Source of the DNA: Paramecium tetraurelia
Taxonomy: Eukaryota
Reading direction: 5' to 3'
NCBI GenBank assembly: GCA_000165425.1
Contig: CT867997.1
Coordinates: 186,001-250,000, forward strand
Length of the DNA stretch: 64,000 bases
The notes beneath the pieces are model-generated. The model did not search any database and was not told the DNA's origin. It was given only the letters and a program-made list of their open reading frames with translations. A program made the translations under genes and the position numbers. Position 1 is the stretch's first letter. The number at the start of each line of letters is the position of its first letter. Of this stretch, positions 63,920 through 64,000 are shown in pieces.

Positions 63920-64000
63920 TCATCGTAATAACAATACATAAGCACCCATAATAAAACATAAAACTGATACTAATGGCGATAATCTATCCTACACATTATA
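63920..64000 (-). CDS. 3' end of a gene running off the window; C-terminal hydrophobic (TM-like) segment
   Basis: ...DRLSPLVSVLCFIMGAYVLLLR TGA. Confidence 0.5.

Noticed and set aside
1..64000. Retained germline IESs or intact transposons
   Set aside because: Interruptions in recognisable genes resolve as GT..AG introns; no DDE or reverse transcriptase motifs seen. Short intergenic IESs cannot be excluded by eye.

Overview
AT-rich, gene-dense eukaryotic DNA that reads as a ciliate macronuclear segment, very probably Paramecium. TAA/TAG are Gln, TGA is the only stop, and genes carry many tiny (about 19-31 nt) GT..AG introns. The supplied standard-code ORF track therefore shows only fragments or antisense artefacts. 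Re-reading by hand in the ciliate code gives about 33 protein genes and one tRNA-Thr(AGT). Recognisable genes: RasGAP+VPS9 protein, MORN protein, NOT1, NME7, cNMP-binding protein, WNK kinase, ankyrin-PH-kinase, OSCA/TMEM63 channel, Cys-rich multi-TM surface protein, CTD phosphatase, pyruvate kinase-like protein, ADAL/MAPDA, tesmin/LIN54 CXC protein, Amt, CAMK-type kinase, S45 penicillin/AHL acylase and cytosolic GluRS. Most notable: an intact Amt with both pore histidines replaced by Phe and the ammonium recruitment site lost; an intact pyruvate kinase lacking catalytic residues; a DFG-less kinase; and a bacterial-type Ntn acylase starting 9 bp, in frame, after the UGA of a candidate Ig-fold DNA-binding protein. 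No CRISPR, rRNA, telomere or intact transposon was seen. All models are manual, CDS coordinates span introns, and no database searches were run.
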